Positions 63,601-64,000 of a stretch of DNA of 64,000 bases are shown here, piece by piece. This stretch comes from an uncultured Gammaproteobacteria bacterium (GTDB lineage Bacteria; Patescibacteriota; Microgenomatia; Levybacterales; UBA12049), in the NCBI GenBank assembly GCA_965230895.1, contig OZ246394.1:1441887-1505886 (forward strand), given 5' to 3'. Under the pieces are notes generated by a model. That model was given only the letters and a program-made list of their open reading frames with translations. It did not search any database and had not been told where the DNA came from. The stretch's first letter is position 1. Each line of letters begins with the position of its first letter. The position numbers were made by a program, and so were the translations under genes.

Positions 63601-64000
63601 AATTATTGGAATCTTGCGAATGGTACATTGGCTCCAGTAAATACTACACTTGATCTGTTGGTTGGTGGTACTTCTTCATCATCAGCAAAGTTTGCAGTCT
63701 TGAATGTTAATTCCGGTACGCCAACTGCGTCCATATCTGCAACAGGTACAGGAAACGGCTTGGCTTTAGCAGGGGATGGTACTATCCAATCGCTCAGAAA
63801 GAATACATTAACGCTTGGAGGATCGACGACAGGTGATATCTTGTTCAAGCCAAATAATTCTTCAAGTAGTTTATACCTAGGATCAAATGGAAGTGTAGGT
63901 CTCGGTACGACAGATACCTCAGCTGGAAAGTTTACAGTTTCGGGAACATATACTGATCCAGCTGATGGTTATGCAGGCCTTGCTATTAGTCCAACATTTA
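54607..64000 (+). CDS. Giant surface protein 3, 3'-partial (more than 3,130 aa, no stop within window), same HTH-TM-repeat architecture. Absent from the ORF track because the frame never closes.
   Basis: Manual translation from ATG 54607 gives MKDQTLTIQEAAKFLGVATKTLRRWDESGRLKPERTVGNQRRYSLSELEAF, then TM ALAGALALLLLFFTFGF, then LIVLRVNVPSVFGKQATFLDSVNIQKGLTVGGVATLSGG, near-identical to gene 1 residues about 200-260. Only short antisense ORFs are reported for 54.6-64 kb. Confidence 0.8.
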   Translation, partial: MKDQTLTIQEAAKFLGVATKTLRRWDESGRLKPERTVGNQRRYSLSELEAFQQTKPQFPVISDPASEAPLPSHIAVAQEAVDLQAKNAVNEQPQFSGVVDAQVSKTEVKEEVSKPQPFGLGTVPMQSSLERKESNDNSNESKGIKIGFFSHPHYAMALAGALALLLLFFTFGFINAQNANDTDLAFQNKAVLAAGDKTPLIVLRVNVPSVFGKQATFLDSVNIQKGLTVGGVATLSGGVVTNNADINAGTGRLTASNVIYSLLAGSNISITGDPQNPTIAADFGSGLVSSFQGETGAVTLLQGSGIGLDGLTITNTGVLSVQGQTGSVTFTGGNGVSVSGTTINNTDPGSAQNIFKSIIAGSTTIDANSNNDSVTFAAGSGITITGNAGSKTVTITSNASGTLSGLTTNGVLYATDPNNASSTTAGTTGTVLKGVTAGAPIFGAVDLSADVTGLLAVNRGGTGLTTTPTNGQLLIGNGAGYSLGTITAGAGIGVSNGAGTISLTNNGVLSITGTANQITTSGSTGAITLSLPQDIATSSNPIFSSLSLTANTNQLTLGTGNTGVLTLSALSGNRTYTLPDASGEICLSIGNCPGGGGGTIGGSGTTNYLPRFTSATNLGNSLIYDTGTKIGIGTTSPQGLFSVVGGAAGQALVSLDETGDQNILVGSASGTTRFVFDRAGNLNINGGSYQIGGSNVLTSTTLGSSVTGSSLTSVSTLNAGSIASGFGSIDVGADSISGGDITATGSTGITITGNGAGLTFSGTGNHVINASSGVLQFGAATLTGAITGNNQNITGLSNLSAAGTITFSGLSTGVVKSNGSGVLSSSAVGLNTSDVTGILGPTNGGTGLNSYNAGDLIYASGSNTLAARAIGTNGQILTVSGGVPVWADAGGLINFWQRANGAISPLNITDDFLIGGTATSSARFQISGTTGDASTSGSITFRNGGSIQTTSNQSFTIGGSTTGNITLAPLNGNGVVTVNGDLNLASGKALQINGSSVLTASTLGSSVINSSLTSVGALTGGSIASGFGTITTTNTITGTTLNGTTGINTGASAGTQRIDASGNLVNIGNITASGTITFSGLSTNNGLLYTNGSGVVSQAAAGTSGQLLVANGSGVPTFVTLSSDATLAANGTLTIGADAVALGTDTTGNYVATLSSGNGISAAATGEGSTPTIALAALTADWNQTGGFDIVLGNASSELRIMESSGATYYGTIDVGDLTNNQTYTFPDASGTVCLLEAANCTGGASSSKWQRNGTVLAPLTASDQVVLGGNTTTDFQFEVNGYRVGKALVSFNQTGDQNILTASSSGVTKFNLTNTGNIEFAGNTSFLNTLTSVATANRTYTLPDADGTICLTTGNCAGVGGGLTGAGTSGQIAFFNGTGTLTSETSGFAWDATNNKLGIGNDTPTGKLDVTGANLGKALVIFNETGDQDILVGSASGTTRFVFDRTGNLNLNGGAYQIGGATVLSSTTLGSSVVSSSLTSVGALTGGSIASGFGTIATNNTITGTTINGTTGINTGAGAGTQRIDNNGNLSNIGTINASGALTFGNYTTNGGLLYTNGSGVVGQTGAGTSGQVLQSNAGGAPTWVDAATLGTNYWQRIAGTVSPLNITDDLLIGGTATSSAKFQVFANTGNATTSGNLTFNAASAIQTTRNQSLTIGGDTTGNITLSPLNGNGTVTSTGDLNLATGKGYQINGANVLTATALGSSVVSSSLTSVGALTGGSIGSGFGTIATSNTITGTTLNGTTGINTGAGAGILRIDNNGNLSNIGTIDSTYLDATGNNVNLAASTNLQFNGTTVINSSRELSNLTGLSTSLNPTAANTYALGTGTGNQFSTIYGQALYQNGNQVCDTSGNCSGLSVNYWDQANGVINPKNATLDFLVGGNATASAKFAVLNINSGIPTASVSAGTNGAAYLTAAGTLQTTANQTLTIGGNSTGNIILSPLGGSGTVTSTGDLNLASGKQFLINGASVLTSTALGTGVVSSSLTSVGALTGGSIGSGFGTIATANTITGTTVNGTTGINTGAGAGTLRIDNNGNLSNIGTINASGAITFSNLGAGIVKSTGGGLLSSSALNLASGTEVTGTLGAGNGGTGFNSYATGDLLVGNGSSTLSKLAIGTDGQILSIAGGTPSWISSSSINYWQRANGSLAPLNITDDLLIGGTATSSAKFHVYGLTGNASTSGTLTFDTVGNIQTTRNQALTIGGNATGNIALMPQNGAGMVGIGTTTPTNSLTIGDGGITINRTGGLDPNLVFSTSGTAQAQIRGATDGSLSFTNGNAGTTWGIFNSVGSFGLGTGSTPLARLDVRGNSGTTPVASFSGNTSRAAMLVDNNGVGDLFTASKSGATKFVIANNGNVGIGTPTPNSALSIVNPIAAQTGLTIRANASQSTNTFVIEDSGGTPQFTIDQYGGIYGSNGLTIDRYAGIGTGGSSGTQLRIQTITVNDVGFDTTGMNGQIANLANFNPVFGYTGAWFDESANLRIGNGAPDTGKLNVTGAYTGKALAIFNEIGNQDIFTASSAGTTRFTIANNGTLTASAYTTAGGLLYTNGTGTVAQTGAGTSGQCLFGGATPSWGTCAVGTNYWNVSNGALSPVNNTLDLLIGGTASSSAKFAFLNANSGTPTASISANSGGNATYLTGDGTLSTTLNRTLSLNPNGGNVGIGTTNATQKLTVNGRIRTDGGMVFNQGLAPTANFIYVGGDTAGATDQQFGFVLAGVGSTTAAQGGYFVGRGNNFSDISNQKGNMYFAAGNPGGAGALEGSLNFLTGNEVNRMMITNAGTIGVGTTSPLATLDVRGQVGTNPIASFSGSTSRAGLIVDNSGTGDLFSASSSGLNRFVVKQDGNVGIGTATPNSKLEVAGQVRTSGASGGYRLEAQDNGGSFYTLYSASGELTFYGGLNVRAILTASGLFGLGTNVYDPQAQMDIRSTLGTQPIASLSGTTSRAGFVVDNNGVGDLFTASKSGATKFTILNNGNISMNNYNNCGMLTTVGTVLTCSSAPAGSTNYWNLANGTLAPVNTTLDLLVGGTSSSSAKFAVLNVNSGTPTASISATGTGNGLALAGDGTIQSLRKNTLTLGGSTTGDILFKPNNSSSSLYLGSNGSVGLGTTDTSAGKFTVSGTYTDPADGYAGLAISPTF

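Noticed and set aside
25289-64000. Dozens of 60-350-aa minus-strand and off-frame ORFs inside the giant genes (e.g. 33100..33786, 36847..37617, 46395..47456, 60381..60887)
   Set aside because: They are antisense or out-of-frame shadows of the GGT/ACA/TCA-rich repeat coding sequence. Their translations are Pro/Val-rich low complexity, they tile the giant ORFs, and they have no independent start context.

Overview
This is a low-GC bacterial segment whose gene content and architecture look like a small-genome Patescibacteria/CPR-like organism. This taxonomic guess comes from gene content only; no search was run.

The first 25 kb is ordinary housekeeping and accessory content:
- a 5'-partial leuS;
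- comEA plus a ComEC split into two ORFs;
- a minus-strand two-component operon (response regulator, hypothetical, GAF/PAS histidine kinase);
- argS;
- a small secretome island (two dockerin-bearing paralogs, one with a CBM-like domain, plus an HEXXH metalloprotease);
- an M16 peptidase and ndk;
- a minus-strand F-type ATP synthase cluster (b-delta-alpha-gamma-beta-epsilon) with no recognisable a subunit. A signal-peptide protein ending in a c-subunit-like hairpin sits where atpE would be.

From about 25.2 kb to the window end (60% of the window) the locus is dominated by three paralogous giant plus-strand genes:
- gene 1 at 25319..39358, continuing via a +1 frameshift to 41111, about 5,270 aa in total;
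- gene 2 at 45391..53958, 2,855 aa;
- gene 3 at 54607..>64000, 3'-partial, not in the ORF track because it has no stop in the window.

Each giant gene begins with a MerR-type helix-turn-helix, then a single TM helix, then a huge Gly/Thr/Ser/Asn-rich ectodomain. The ectodomains are built from nested tandem repeats of about 1.8, 1.6 and 2.2 kb, with Cys-containing motifs recurring within them. The C-terminal ends differ between paralogs; gene 2 carries a six-blade Kelch propeller plus a unique terminal domain.

All three genes are preceded by a near-identical promoter/operator module: GATAAGAT direct repeats, then TTGACA, then an invariant 18-mer ATTAATATATGTAGTAAT. Between genes 1 and 2 sit a 1,041-aa M23 peptidase-DUF2341-LamG secreted protein and a small membrane protein.

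I interpret this as a previously undescribed, co-regulated giant cell-surface fibre or adhesin system, possibly for host-cell attachment or attack. It is unusual in being anchored by a cytoplasmic DNA-binding-type domain. No rRNA, tRNA, CRISPR array or mobile element was recognised.
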